Positions 26,559-36,404 of a stretch of 64,000 bases of DNA are shown here, in pieces. Position 1 is the first letter of the stretch, and every line of letters starts with the position of its first letter. The stretch is from a virus (lineage: Duplodnaviria > Caudoviricetes): IMG/VR virus record IMGVR_UViG_3300043672_000039, positions 1-64,000 of that record; one strand, 5' to 3'. The notes beneath the pieces were generated by a model, which worked only from the letters and a program-made list of their open reading frames with translations, searched no databases and was not told the origin of the DNA. The position numbers and the translations under genes were made by a program.

Positions 26559-29500
26559 ATGCCGGACCCCATCTCAATAGGGGAGTCGGTTCAACTGACT
26601 CCTGACCAAGTTGCACAGTTGCAACAACCGGCGGATGCTTTTCCTGTCGGCTCGCAAACCGTTCTAAATTCAGAACAGGCCACAGAAGCTCGCAAGCAAT
26701 CCGGCCATTTCGATCCGTTCACTGATTTTACCGCAGAGCAACTTGCGGAGTTGCATCATCAATCCCCGGACTTCAAGCTTGTCGAGTCTTACGCGCCGCG
26801 CAGCGATTTGCAACAGGTGCCCGGGATGAATCAAAAGGTAGCTGACGCATATAGCATGCTCCGGCAGCGAGGAGACTTCGGGGCGCAACTCGATATCAAG
26901 AAAGTTCCCGGCCAGTTGTTCGACATCGCCAAAGGCTTTGGCAAGCAAGCTTGGAATTACGCGCAAGCGGTCGCGACCCCGGTCGGTGCCGCAATCGCGG
27001 ATGTTGCCGGTGCTTCGCCGGAAACGGTTTCTCGAATGTTCGGTGAGGGTCAACGACAAGTCGCGGAGAACGTCGCCGGAACGGAAGCCGCGTTGCAAGG
27101 TCTGGGCAAAACTGTTGGCGCGGGCTCAGAGTGGATCAAGCGCCGTCTCAAACTTTCGAAACCTCTCGCGGAATTTACGCCAGAGGAGAAAGTTGCCGAC
27201 TTGTTCGATGCGGTTCGGTCTCATAAACAGCTTCAAGAAATATCGCGCGGTCAGGGTCCGATACTTCAGACGGTTGGCTCTGAAGTTGTTAAGCAGCTTG
27301 AGGATGCCGGAACCCCTGTCCGTCCAGAGGAAGTTCAGAAGCTCGCTGCCGGTGATCCGTTCTCATGGTATTTGATGGGCAAAACTTTCTCCGGCGCGGG
27401 AGCCCTCGTTCCGGAAGCCGTCGCGTCACGCGCGGCTCAAGCCGCTCAAGCGGCGGGAAATTTCGCCGCGAAAGTTGGCGGTAAGACCGTAGAAACTGCC
27501 GCAGACGTTACCCGACTCGGGCTTGATGCCGCCGCCGTGGTTGCGCCGACTGCCGCCGCTGTTACCGGCGCGGTGAAGGGTGGAACCCACGGCCCTCTCG
27601 GCGTCGTCACTGGGGCAACCCTCGGTTACAAAGGCGGACAAGTTATTGCTAGCGGGCTCCGCAAAGGTGCGACTACGGCAGAGAAAGTCTCTCAAATCGG
27701 CGAGCAAATCTCCGGCGCTAAGCCTGTTATTTCACCCGTGGCTCAACTCGGTCGAGATGTGCTGCAATCTTCGCCTGCGGCAGTCGGGGAACTGGGAAAA
27801 GGCGTCGCGTTCGACCTTGGATTAGCCGCCGTTACCAGCGAAGAAACCCCGGAGGAACGCGCCGGGCTCGGAATCGGCACCGCCTTTGGTGCTCTCGGTG
27901 CCGGACGCCGCGTTGCCGGGCATGTGGTAAGCGGTCAGATCATCGCGCCGCGTGAATACGGCGTTAAACAAGTCACGCCGTCCTCTGGACAATTTCCGAC
28001 TCTCGACGCCATGCACACCGCCGCGATTGCGGACGCCGCCCCGGGAGTTGCCGCGCGATTGAACGCAATTCGTTTGTTTACGAAAGGCGCGTCACCGAAC
28101 ACAGACGTTTTTCTGGCGAAGGATGCGCCCGCGATGGAATCAGCGTTGACGCAACTCGGCGTTTCGCCGGAGCAGGCTAAACAAATCTCTGCGCAAGAAG
28201 GATTTTTTACCAAATCAATCCCCGGCAAGGACGGCTCGGAGCGCCGGGTGATTCTTGCGACCAATGTTGAGTCGGCCCCGCATGAATCTTTTCATGCAAT
28301 TCAAGATGTCCTCGGTGAATCAGCGAACCGAGAGATTGATAAAATGGTGCAGTCCGCTTATACACCACGCTGGGAAAATGAAGGAAATACTTATGCTCGA
28401 CGACTTGTTGGTTTGTCCGGTCTGCAAAATAAAACTTGGCGAGAAGCAATCCTCGACGCTTCCGGCTGGGGCCGTGCAGAGGCCGCAGATAAGCTTGCGC
28501 GAGATGCAGAAAATCAAATCAATACTGCTACCGGAGCCGTTGCCAAACCCTCTGACGTTTCCGCAATGGCTGAAGGAGAGTGGGGACGCCTTCTCGCTGA
28601 TGCTGCCAAGCGAAATCCCGGAGTCCCGGTTGATGAATTGCAAAATAATTTATGGCGCGACGTGCTCACTCCCCAAGAGGCTCACGATGTCGGAGACCGA
28701 TACCTCGCCCGTGAATTAGCGGCGGAGAATTTCGATGCGGTGTTTAAACACGGACTCGGCGGAGACTCTGGTTTGATTCCGAAACTCGCCCGAGTTGTCG
28801 CTAACGTCACGTCAGCCCTAGGCGGGGAGCCGCTCTCCGGTCGAACCAGTGAAATCGGAAATGTCCCTCTTAGTTATGATGTCGTCAACGCAGTTCGCGG
28901 GATACGCCCGGTTGTTGAGCCGAAGGGCAATGTTGCAAAACCAGTTATATCGACCGGGAAGTCTGCCCAAACCGTTCCGACCACTCCTGAAGCGCAGCAA
29001 CAAGCCGCAGAGGAAGCCCGAGCCATCGCCGCAGAAGCCCCGGACGTAATTCCGCCTGCGCCGACCACACCAGTTCCGCCGAAACCGGGCCAGCCTGCTC
29101 CTACCCCGCTCCCTACCGTTGCGTCACCGCGAGAACTGCTCGGCAAAATCGCCGAAGCGATTGCAACCCGCTCGGGAGTGAAGATTAATTACTCCTCGGC
29201 TCCCGGAGAGCCCGCCGCTTCGATTACCAGCACTCGACCGATTCGCCGTTCCGTCATAGAAGCCTTTCGAACCATGCCGGAAGCTGCTCGCGCATTGTGG
29301 GAGAAGAATTTTTTCCCGGAGCGCGTCATCAAAACGAAATCCGGATATCAGGTGCTAGGCTGGGCTCCGGAAGTTTTCGCGGCGAATGCGCACAAGCTCG
29401 CCGGAACTTTAATCGATGCCGGGGTTGCATCGCCCTACGAACTGAACCCGGCTGAACGTTCCTTTTCTTCGCAGGGTTGGCAGGATTTGTATAATGATGT

Positions 29501-32500
29501 CGCGACCTTCGTAAACAATCAGATGGGCGGACGGACTGGCGCGGGCGGAGAATTGAACGTCCCGAAATCGATTACCGCGCAAGGTTACACCGCTCCTGCT
29601 GTGACTGGTGCCCCGGAGCCGATTGATCAACGGAAAGCGGATTTCATCAACATGCTTTTCCATTTCAAACTTCCGGAGACCCCGCGCATTACCTCCGGCA
29701 AGCTGCCATTGAATATCGCCGGGCAGGAAGTCAGCACGGCAACTCAACCGGGACGGTTGGTGTCGCCCGTGACCCCGAGGGCTCCTTACAGTGGAGCATC
29801 CGCCGAGAAACTTGGTATTTCCGGACGAGAAATTTTGGAGACGAATCCTCTCCGAAATGAAATCGAGCAAGCCGCCGCGTCGAAGGGAATTGATATGCCT
29901 TCGATGATCGAAGCAATTCAGCGGCTCGACCTTGCGCATATCAAAGAAGTCTCTGGCGCACCAGAGTTGCCACAGTTTCGAGGGAACACTCTCACCCTTA
30001 CCGGTGGTTTTCAACCGGCATCAGAGGCAATCACCAAAATTCGAGACGAGTCGTTTTGGAATTCAATCAAAAATTACTCTGGGAAGTTTGGCGGCGGAAT
30101 TACCGGATGGGCTTTCGAAGTTGGCGCGTCTGCTAAGACTCCGCAAGACGTTCAAGCGTTCCGAGATGCGAACCGGGAGTGGGGAGAACTCGGGCGCGAA
30201 GCCATGCGAAACAAGGATTACGATTCTGCCGCGCAGTTGCTTACTAAAGCACAGGCCGCGCGTGAAGCGTTCGAGGTTGCGACCGGCCAAAAAATCGACG
30301 GCTCTGGCGGCGCTTCTGGCGCGTCCGACATGATGCGGTCGAAAGACCCGAATTACATTCCGCCAGTTTTGGAAAAACCGGAGTTGCTCGGTCAGGCGCA
30401 GCCTAAAAATCCGGAGGTTGAAAAAGTGGCGGAGGAATACCTCAAAGGTAAGTCATTCAAGCCAATGGCTCCGCGCATTGTTCCTCTCAACGCCGAAATC
30501 GCCAAGGACATCGCTGATTATTACGACCAAGCCAAGTCGGAGCCCGCAAACCCGGCGGTGTTGAACTCTTACAACGCATTATCGGCGGAAACTATCGATC
30601 AATACAAGAAAATTATCGATGCCGGATATAAAATTGAGCCGTGGACGGACAAAGGCGAGCCTTACGCCAACAGCGCGGCAATGACGGCGGATGTAAGAAA
30701 CAACAAACACCTGTTTTTCAAACCGACTGGGTCCGACATCAAGGGCGAAAACCTGATGCTGCGCCCCTCGGGCATCGAGAAATTCAATATCAACGATATT
30801 TTCCGCGCAGTGCATGACTTTTTCGGTCACGCCAAGGAGGGGCACCAGTTCGGACCGCAGGGAGAGTTGAACGCGTGGAAAGAACACTCCGCGATGTATT
30901 CGCCGGAAGCTCAAGGGGCTCTCGCGGCGGAGACTCTGGCGCAAAATAGCTGGGTGAACTTCGGAAAGCATCTACGCGATGAGGCTGGAAATGTCCCGCT
31001 CAAGGGAGCCGCAGGTTTTCAACCGTTGGCGGAGCGTCCGTTCGCTGATCAGAAAAACATTGTGATTCCGCCGAACCTCATCGATCTAGCGCGTGAGCAA
31101 GTTCCGATTGAAGACGCGCGGACGACGAGACGTTTCGTGCAAACGCTCGGCCAAGCGCAGCCCGCACGAGATGTGCATGAAGACTTTTCAGAACGTTACG
31201 ACCGACAAGGATCGTCCCTCCTCGATGAGTTTAAAAAATCCCCCCACGGGGAGATTTCTTGGGACAAAATTCCTGCGGCCCGCCTTAAAAAAATTTGGTT
31301 GGATTATGGGAAGACCGGGGTAGTGAGAGACGAGAAAGGTTTAGAGAAGATCGCCGACAAGATGTTGGACAACATCGCCCGGTTTTCTGTGACCACTGAT
31401 CTGAGTGGGCACACGCCGAATGACCCACAAATGGTGGCCGAGGGACTAGGGCATACGCTGCCATCTGGAGGGGGTGAAGAAGGAAAACCTCCGGTGAATG
31501 AGGACTTCTACAACTGGCTCGGAGATAAGTTTTCTGATTTTGGGCTTCGTCCCTTGCAGATGGCATACGAAAAAATTTACTCCGCCAAATCGGCAGAAGA
31601 AAAACTTCAAGAAATCGATAGGGCTTTGAATATCGTCCATCAACGTTCTGACCTAGCGGGAGTGTTTGTGGAGGGAGGGTCGAAAACTCTCGATGAGATC
31701 GCCTCTCAGGGGGGTTACGCTCCTCATTCCAAACCTACTAACAATGATTACATCGGATACAAAGGGCAGTTTCAACCGAAAAAAAAAGAGGAGGAATTCA
31801 AACTGCGCCCGGCCTCGTCCGGGTTCAGCAAAGCTTGGATTCTGCCGGACGGCACTCCGGTTCAGCTTGGCGGGCAATGGCATCACGATTGGTTGAACGA
31901 AGCTACCGCCATCCGGAAGCAATACGGAATCAAAAAAGGCACCGCCGACGAGGATGACACCCGCTCGGAAGCGTTGCGCAAAGGATTTTCTCGAATCAAT
32001 TACGATGCTCGCACCGGTTCTCTGACGGTGGAAGTTCGGGAGAAAGACTTGGACAACTTGCGCGGGCCGCTCACCAAGTTTATCGAAACGAATCTGCCGC
32101 AGATCGACAAGATTCAAATGTATCTGTTCGACAACAAGGTGTCTCATGTTGCCGACTCCGGGTTCGCAAACCTTTTCGACAAACCGAAGGCCGAACGCAT
32201 GGCGGCGATTCCGTTCCTATTCGCTCCCGGGGATATCACCGAGGTATCCCCCCAAGCTACTAAAGGAGCCTTGAGCGAGCAAGCTGCACCGGGGGCGATG
32301 CCGGTTCGTGGTCAGTCACAACCGAAGAAATCCGACGAACTTTATTACATAACACCGGAGAAAAATCTTCCGAATATATTGAAAGAGGGAATCAAACCGG
32401 CAAAGCCGAAAGACTTCGATGATGAACATGCCGTGTATTTATTCCCGGACAGGGCACACATGGATGATGGGGTAGCTAATTGGCTGGCAGATAGGTATCC

Positions 32501-33818
32501 GGAAGATACCCGGCTCGTTGCGATTAAAGTTGATCCGACTGGTTTAACATTTGAACCGGCGGTTGTTGATTGGGAAGTGAAGCACAAAACTACGATACCC
32601 GTTAAAAATATTCTCGGGCATGAATCGTTAGACGATTATCCGGCACCTTTTTTTCCGAATAAAAAGGCAATGAAATTTTCTGGTCAGTCTCAACCTCCCG
32701 CAGAGCAGAAAACGTTTGAAGAATTTTCTGGAAAAGAACCGCTAGGGACGATGGCTCTTTCGAACATGACAAAGGACGAAGTCTCAAACTATTATCCTGA
32801 AGCCGTCATCGCGCGAAAGAAATTCGACCCGATTCCTTCTGAGATTGCCGACTCTCCGCTCGCCAAACAGGCCGGAGACGAGACCAAGGCAATCAGCGCC
32901 TACGCTGACAAGCTCGTTGATTTCGCGAACGAATACAAAGATGACCCGAGCTTTGCAGAGGGTGCGGACTGGTATCGAAAGTTCGTGCCTCAGTTGAAAA
33001 AGCAATTTGGAAAAGATTCCTCCGTCATGGCGGAGCTTCTCGCGGCGACGAGTCCTCGGACAGATGTCGCGTCTAACTTTGCCTACGCTCTTGACGCGCT
33101 CGAAGGCATGCGCTCCGGACGGTTCGCAAAACAGGTTGCGAAGTTCGAAGAAGGATTGCGCAAACTCGAAGGCGAGAACTGGCGTCCGTGGTATGACAAG
33201 GAACTGAAGGCCGGGAACATTCCCGCGCCGCCTGCGGAGCCGACTCCGGCAGCTTTTCTCGAACACTGGATCGCGACGTATGACCTGAAGCCCCGGCAAA
33301 GCAACGGCAAACTTTATGGAACGCACTCCAATCGAATTTTGCAGGTGCTCGCGCGACGTTGGGTCGATTTGAATACCGGTCCGAAGACGCGGACCTTCGT
33401 CAGTAATTTACTCGGAACCGGTCACGATGCAACCATCGATGTCTGGGCAGACCGAACCATGCGCCGTCTCGGGTATCAGGATTTCTCCGACCGTTGGCGA
33501 ATACTCCCGCAGAACGCCGCGCCGGTTTCCGACACCGATTTTCATTTTTCCCAGAAGGCTTTTGCCGCCGCCGCCAAACGCCTCGGGATGAAACCGGACG
33601 CGTTGCAAGGTGCCCTCTGGTTTGCAGAGAAAAAGCACTGGGCAAAAAACGGCTGGGCACGACTTGACTTAGGGAGCTTTTCGAAGGAGATTACAAAAGT
33701 GCCAATGTTGCGCCGTGGTATCGAGCAACGGTCCGCCGTTAGTAAGCTGGTCCCTAAAGGCCCTGCTGCGACGACCGGCGAACTCGGTTTCAGCATTGAG
33801 CCCCGAAAGTATAAATGA
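26559..33818 (+). CDS. Giant multidomain (polyvalent) internal virion/ejection protein, 2419 aa
   Basis: HESFH zincin-like motif, HDFFGH module, ART-like module, C-terminal HhH-like module; last large gene of the tail block. Confidence 0.8.
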   Translation: MPDPISIGESVQLTPDQVAQLQQPADAFPVGSQTVLNSEQATEARKQSGHFDPFTDFTAEQLAELHHQSPDFKLVESYAPRSDLQQVPGMNQKVADAYSMLRQRGDFGAQLDIKKVPGQLFDIAKGFGKQAWNYAQAVATPVGAAIADVAGASPETVSRMFGEGQRQVAENVAGTEAALQGLGKTVGAGSEWIKRRLKLSKPLAEFTPEEKVADLFDAVRSHKQLQEISRGQGPILQTVGSEVVKQLEDAGTPVRPEEVQKLAAGDPFSWYLMGKTFSGAGALVPEAVASRAAQAAQAAGNFAAKVGGKTVETAADVTRLGLDAAAVVAPTAAAVTGAVKGGTHGPLGVVTGATLGYKGGQVIASGLRKGATTAEKVSQIGEQISGAKPVISPVAQLGRDVLQSSPAAVGELGKGVAFDLGLAAVTSEETPEERAGLGIGTAFGALGAGRRVAGHVVSGQIIAPREYGVKQVTPSSGQFPTLDAMHTAAIADAAPGVAARLNAIRLFTKGASPNTDVFLAKDAPAMESALTQLGVSPEQAKQISAQEGFFTKSIPGKDGSERRVILATNVESAPHESFHAIQDVLGESANREIDKMVQSAYTPRWENEGNTYARRLVGLSGLQNKTWREAILDASGWGRAEAADKLARDAENQINTATGAVAKPSDVSAMAEGEWGRLLADAAKRNPGVPVDELQNNLWRDVLTPQEAHDVGDRYLARELAAENFDAVFKHGLGGDSGLIPKLARVVANVTSALGGEPLSGRTSEIGNVPLSYDVVNAVRGIRPVVEPKGNVAKPVISTGKSAQTVPTTPEAQQQAAEEARAIAAEAPDVIPPAPTTPVPPKPGQPAPTPLPTVASPRELLGKIAEAIATRSGVKINYSSAPGEPAASITSTRPIRRSVIEAFRTMPEAARALWEKNFFPERVIKTKSGYQVLGWAPEVFAANAHKLAGTLIDAGVASPYELNPAERSFSSQGWQDLYNDVATFVNNQMGGRTGAGGELNVPKSITAQGYTAPAVTGAPEPIDQRKADFINMLFHFKLPETPRITSGKLPLNIAGQEVSTATQPGRLVSPVTPRAPYSGASAEKLGISGREILETNPLRNEIEQAAASKGIDMPSMIEAIQRLDLAHIKEVSGAPELPQFRGNTLTLTGGFQPASEAITKIRDESFWNSIKNYSGKFGGGITGWAFEVGASAKTPQDVQAFRDANREWGELGREAMRNKDYDSAAQLLTKAQAAREAFEVATGQKIDGSGGASGASDMMRSKDPNYIPPVLEKPELLGQAQPKNPEVEKVAEEYLKGKSFKPMAPRIVPLNAEIAKDIADYYDQAKSEPANPAVLNSYNALSAETIDQYKKIIDAGYKIEPWTDKGEPYANSAAMTADVRNNKHLFFKPTGSDIKGENLMLRPSGIEKFNINDIFRAVHDFFGHAKEGHQFGPQGELNAWKEHSAMYSPEAQGALAAETLAQNSWVNFGKHLRDEAGNVPLKGAAGFQPLAERPFADQKNIVIPPNLIDLAREQVPIEDARTTRRFVQTLGQAQPARDVHEDFSERYDRQGSSLLDEFKKSPHGEISWDKIPAARLKKIWLDYGKTGVVRDEKGLEKIADKMLDNIARFSVTTDLSGHTPNDPQMVAEGLGHTLPSGGGEEGKPPVNEDFYNWLGDKFSDFGLRPLQMAYEKIYSAKSAEEKLQEIDRALNIVHQRSDLAGVFVEGGSKTLDEIASQGGYAPHSKPTNNDYIGYKGQFQPKKKEEEFKLRPASSGFSKAWILPDGTPVQLGGQWHHDWLNEATAIRKQYGIKKGTADEDDTRSEALRKGFSRINYDARTGSLTVEVREKDLDNLRGPLTKFIETNLPQIDKIQMYLFDNKVSHVADSGFANLFDKPKAERMAAIPFLFAPGDITEVSPQATKGALSEQAAPGAMPVRGQSQPKKSDELYYITPEKNLPNILKEGIKPAKPKDFDDEHAVYLFPDRAHMDDGVANWLADRYPEDTRLVAIKVDPTGLTFEPAVVDWEVKHKTTIPVKNILGHESLDDYPAPFFPNKKAMKFSGQSQPPAEQKTFEEFSGKEPLGTMALSNMTKDEVSNYYPEAVIARKKFDPIPSEIADSPLAKQAGDETKAISAYADKLVDFANEYKDDPSFAEGADWYRKFVPQLKKQFGKDSSVMAELLAATSPRTDVASNFAYALDALEGMRSGRFAKQVAKFEEGLRKLEGENWRPWYDKELKAGNIPAPPAEPTPAAFLEHWIATYDLKPRQSNGKLYGTHSNRILQVLARRWVDLNTGPKTRTFVSNLLGTGHDATIDVWADRTMRRLGYQDFSDRWRILPQNAAPVSDTDFHFSQKAFAAAAKRLGMKPDALQGALWFAEKKHWAKNGWARLDLGSFSKEITKVPMLRRGIEQRSAVSKLVPKGPAATTGELGFSIEPRKYK

Positions 33819-33982
33819 AAGATAAAAATGAAATACAAAATTCTGAATTGGTCGCCTCTGCTCCTGTTGCTGTCTCTGGTGCTCTTGGCGGGGATTTTTG
33901 GGATGAAGTCGAAGCGCGTTCGCAAATTCGAGAAAACGCGCAGCCCGAAGTTTCAGCAAGACCCGGGGTCGAAAAGGAGTGA
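33815..33982 (+). CDS. Small hypothetical protein (55 aa)
   Basis: ATGA overlap; translated by hand MKDKNEIQNSELVASAP... Confidence 0.45.
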   Translation: MKDKNEIQNSELVASAPVAVSGALGGDFWDEVEARSQIRENAQPEVSARPGVEKE

Positions 33983-33987
33983 CTGTT
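33979..33987 (+). promoter_or_regulatory. GTGACTGTT motif
   Basis: 5 nt upstream of ATG 33993. Confidence 0.65.
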
Positions 33988-33992
33988 GATAT

Positions 33993-34691
33993 ATGGCCTT
34001 AATTGAACCCAAATTACCCCCCGCTTCCGCCGCAATCGCGCCAGAAGCCCTTCAGACGGAACAACCCCCTGCATCACCCGCCGAGCCTGCTCCGGCTTCA
34101 CCCAGTCAAGGTGGTGGACTTTCTGATGAGCTAATACAAGTCCCGGCCATGCAAGCCTTGCTTGCCGGAGCCCCTCCGGCCTTCTCTGCCAATATCAAGC
34201 AATTTGCCGCAAATCCGGTTAGCAAGCTCATCGTCGCGAACAAGGAGCCCCTGATGAAGGCCGGGATGGGATTTTACCAGTCTCTCAGCGGAGACCTCGG
34301 GGTAGTGTTCAACCAAATGTATGTGCATCCGGAGGACATTCAGGCCGCAGATAAGGCCGGGAAGCTGCTTCAGATCGCGCCGCCGTTTGACTCCGTCAAT
34401 TCTTCCGTTGCGCAGTCTGGGAAGGAGAACCCTGCTCTGAAGGTCGGGTCAATGCCCGGCGGCATGGCGATGCCGTCAATTAAGGCTCCGCCTCAATCGA
34501 CAGGGGCACCCATGGCGGCACAACCAGCCCCGCAGCGGTCATCCGGACCGGGTATGGCTCCCGCTTCGAATGCCATTCAAGCTCAAGTGATGGGACTGCG
34601 AGCGAAGAATCTGACGCCGGGCTCTCCGACGAGTGGTCCGGCTCCGGGTGCCGGACGGATTCTCAACCAAATCCTACGCCCTACGGTATAA
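33993..34691 (+). CDS. Pro/Ala-rich hypothetical protein (232 aa)
   Basis: Last + strand gene before convergence. Confidence 0.7.
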   Translation: MALIEPKLPPASAAIAPEALQTEQPPASPAEPAPASPSQGGGLSDELIQVPAMQALLAGAPPAFSANIKQFAANPVSKLIVANKEPLMKAGMGFYQSLSGDLGVVFNQMYVHPEDIQAADKAGKLLQIAPPFDSVNSSVAQSGKENPALKVGSMPGGMAMPSIKAPPQSTGAPMAAQPAPQRSSGPGMAPASNAIQAQVMGLRAKNLTPGSPTSGPAPGAGRILNQILRPTV

Positions 34692-34853
34692 GATAGGAAT
34701 CAATTTTGGCCCCGGCGGAAGTCGATACGCAATCCTCACTACATAGCAAAATTGCATTGGTTTAGGTCTACGCCTTCGAAATAACGCCGTCGGGAGGATG
34801 GAGAACCCCGCCGCCATGACGCCGATTCGCCGGAAAAAATCTCGCCGTTTCAT
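34674..34853 (-). CDS. Small protein with twin-arginine-like N-terminus (59 aa)
   Basis: MKRRDFFRRIGVMAAGFSILPTA; ATG 1 nt after Nudix stop. Confidence 0.5.
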   Translation of the reverse strand: MKRRDFFRRIGVMAAGFSILPTALFRRRRPKPMQFCYVVRIAYRLPPGPKLIPILYRRA

Positions 34854-34854
34854 T

Positions 34855-35373
34855 CTAAGTTTTTCGGACCTCACTGGGAAGTTCAATCTCGTGAGTCGCG
34901 TTAGCCCATTCCGGATTGAGAACCCAACAGACTTTTGGACCTTCACCGGGAAGATAGGTGGACACTTCGGCAACGGAATTTTCTGGGTCGAGCGCGAGAG
35001 GTATCAGCCAGTTTAAATTCGGAATGATTTCTTCCCGAGCATCGTAGAGCCATGTAAGGCGAACCTTCATTACCGGCTCATCCGTCATGGATCGCAGCAA
35101 AGACTGCCCAAAAGATTTGTAGCACCAGACAACCCAGTCTCCGCCGTCCATCTTGCAAAAGTATTTCCATTTCTCCGCCGGGATATCTGCGCCGGTTTCC
35201 TCTTTGAATTCTCGAACCATGGCATCGAGAGGAGTTTCACCCGGCTCGATGTGCCCGCCAATGCCGTTGAGTTTCCCCGCCTGCCAGCCGGGACGTTTCT
35301 TCTCGATGAGGGCCACTGTTTGTGGCTCAGAGCCTTCACTGAAAAGGAAGCCAACAACGTATTCAGTTTTCAT
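34855..35373 (-). CDS. Nudix (MutT-like) hydrolase
   Basis: GGHIEPGETPLDAMVREFKEETG Nudix box. Confidence 0.92.
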   Translation of the reverse strand: MKTEYVVGFLFSEGSEPQTVALIEKKRPGWQAGKLNGIGGHIEPGETPLDAMVREFKEETGADIPAEKWKYFCKMDGGDWVVWCYKSFGQSLLRSMTDEPVMKVRLTWLYDAREEIIPNLNWLIPLALDPENSVAEVSTYLPGEGPKVCWVLNPEWANATHEIELPSEVRKT

Positions 35374-36404
35374 CGATTGATTACCAAGTGCCCTTTCAAA
35401 ATCTTTTTGTCCGATTTGAGATACGGCGTGTAATACCCTCGGGTAAAATACCGGTTAAACTCCACTCTACATCGGGTAACTGCACCATCGTCCGGGTTAA
35501 CTTTAAATTCAAGAATCGCACCGCCTACTTCCATACGCAATCGTTTTTTTCTCGCAAAAACCGTTTGGCTTTGGAATCCGGGCATACTGATCACATGCAC
35601 ATTGCGTTCTTGCATGTAGTTACTCACATGGTAGTGCCCCTGAATAAGGATCGCAGGTTTCTCTCCCCCCTCCAATGCCTCAACTTGTTTCTGACCGGTA
35701 TAGGATCGCGCGTAAGCGGAGCCGCCGCCGGGGTGTTGAATCTTGATGATGGTGGACGCGCCGGTTTGCTTGTTCTTCAACTCGACATCGGCCTCGACGT
35801 GCCCGATATATTCCAAATCGGTGCGGCCTTGGTCTTTGGCGAGGTATCCAATGTAGCCGCCGATGTTAAACCCGGGAGCAAGCCACGACTCGTGATCATC
35901 ACCGGTGATAAAATAGGTCTTAATTCCCTTGCGTTGAGGATACTTATCCACCATATACTGTGCCTGTCCGTCAATAGTCGTTTCAAATACGCTCGCACCG
36001 TTGATACGCGCGACATACCCATCAATAGGATTCCCCGCATGAAAAACAGTAGTGATGCCTTCCTTAGCAAATAAATCATACTGATTGTGTAGCTCAGTAA
36101 GGCACTCCTCTTTGCAGCAAAGGTGAGTGTCGGAGACGAGCCCGTAGCGAATCCAGTCACCACAGTCCACATTTTTCAGCGGGAGATATCCGAATTCCGG
36201 CGGTGCGAGCTTCGCTTCTTCGGCGAGCTTCGGTATCGTGGGGTCGATTTCGCCCGGCTTGCCGAGTTGTTTCGCCTTGTTGATGACGGAGTCGTAACTC
36301 CTAGCTAGGGTTGCCGCTATCACTTTGCTGGTTGCTCCCGCCGCGCGAAGGGCGACGAGCTTTGCGGTTTCTTCGACCGTCCACGGACCTGTATTTAGTT
36401 TCAT
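35370..36404 (-). CDS. Calcineurin-like metallophosphoesterase with N-terminal HTH/Myb-like domain
   Basis: SDTH, AGNPIDG, TGDDHE, HPGGG, GHYH; N-terminal WTVEE..L..LR..G. Confidence 0.85.
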   Translation of the reverse strand: MKLNTGPWTVEETAKLVALRAAGATSKVIAATLARSYDSVINKAKQLGKPGEIDPTIPKLAEEAKLAPPEFGYLPLKNVDCGDWIRYGLVSDTHLCCKEECLTELHNQYDLFAKEGITTVFHAGNPIDGYVARINGASVFETTIDGQAQYMVDKYPQRKGIKTYFITGDDHESWLAPGFNIGGYIGYLAKDQGRTDLEYIGHVEADVELKNKQTGASTIIKIQHPGGGSAYARSYTGQKQVEALEGGEKPAILIQGHYHVSNYMQERNVHVISMPGFQSQTVFARKKRLRMEVGGAILEFKVNPDDGAVTRCRVEFNRYFTRGYYTPYLKSDKKILKGHLVINR

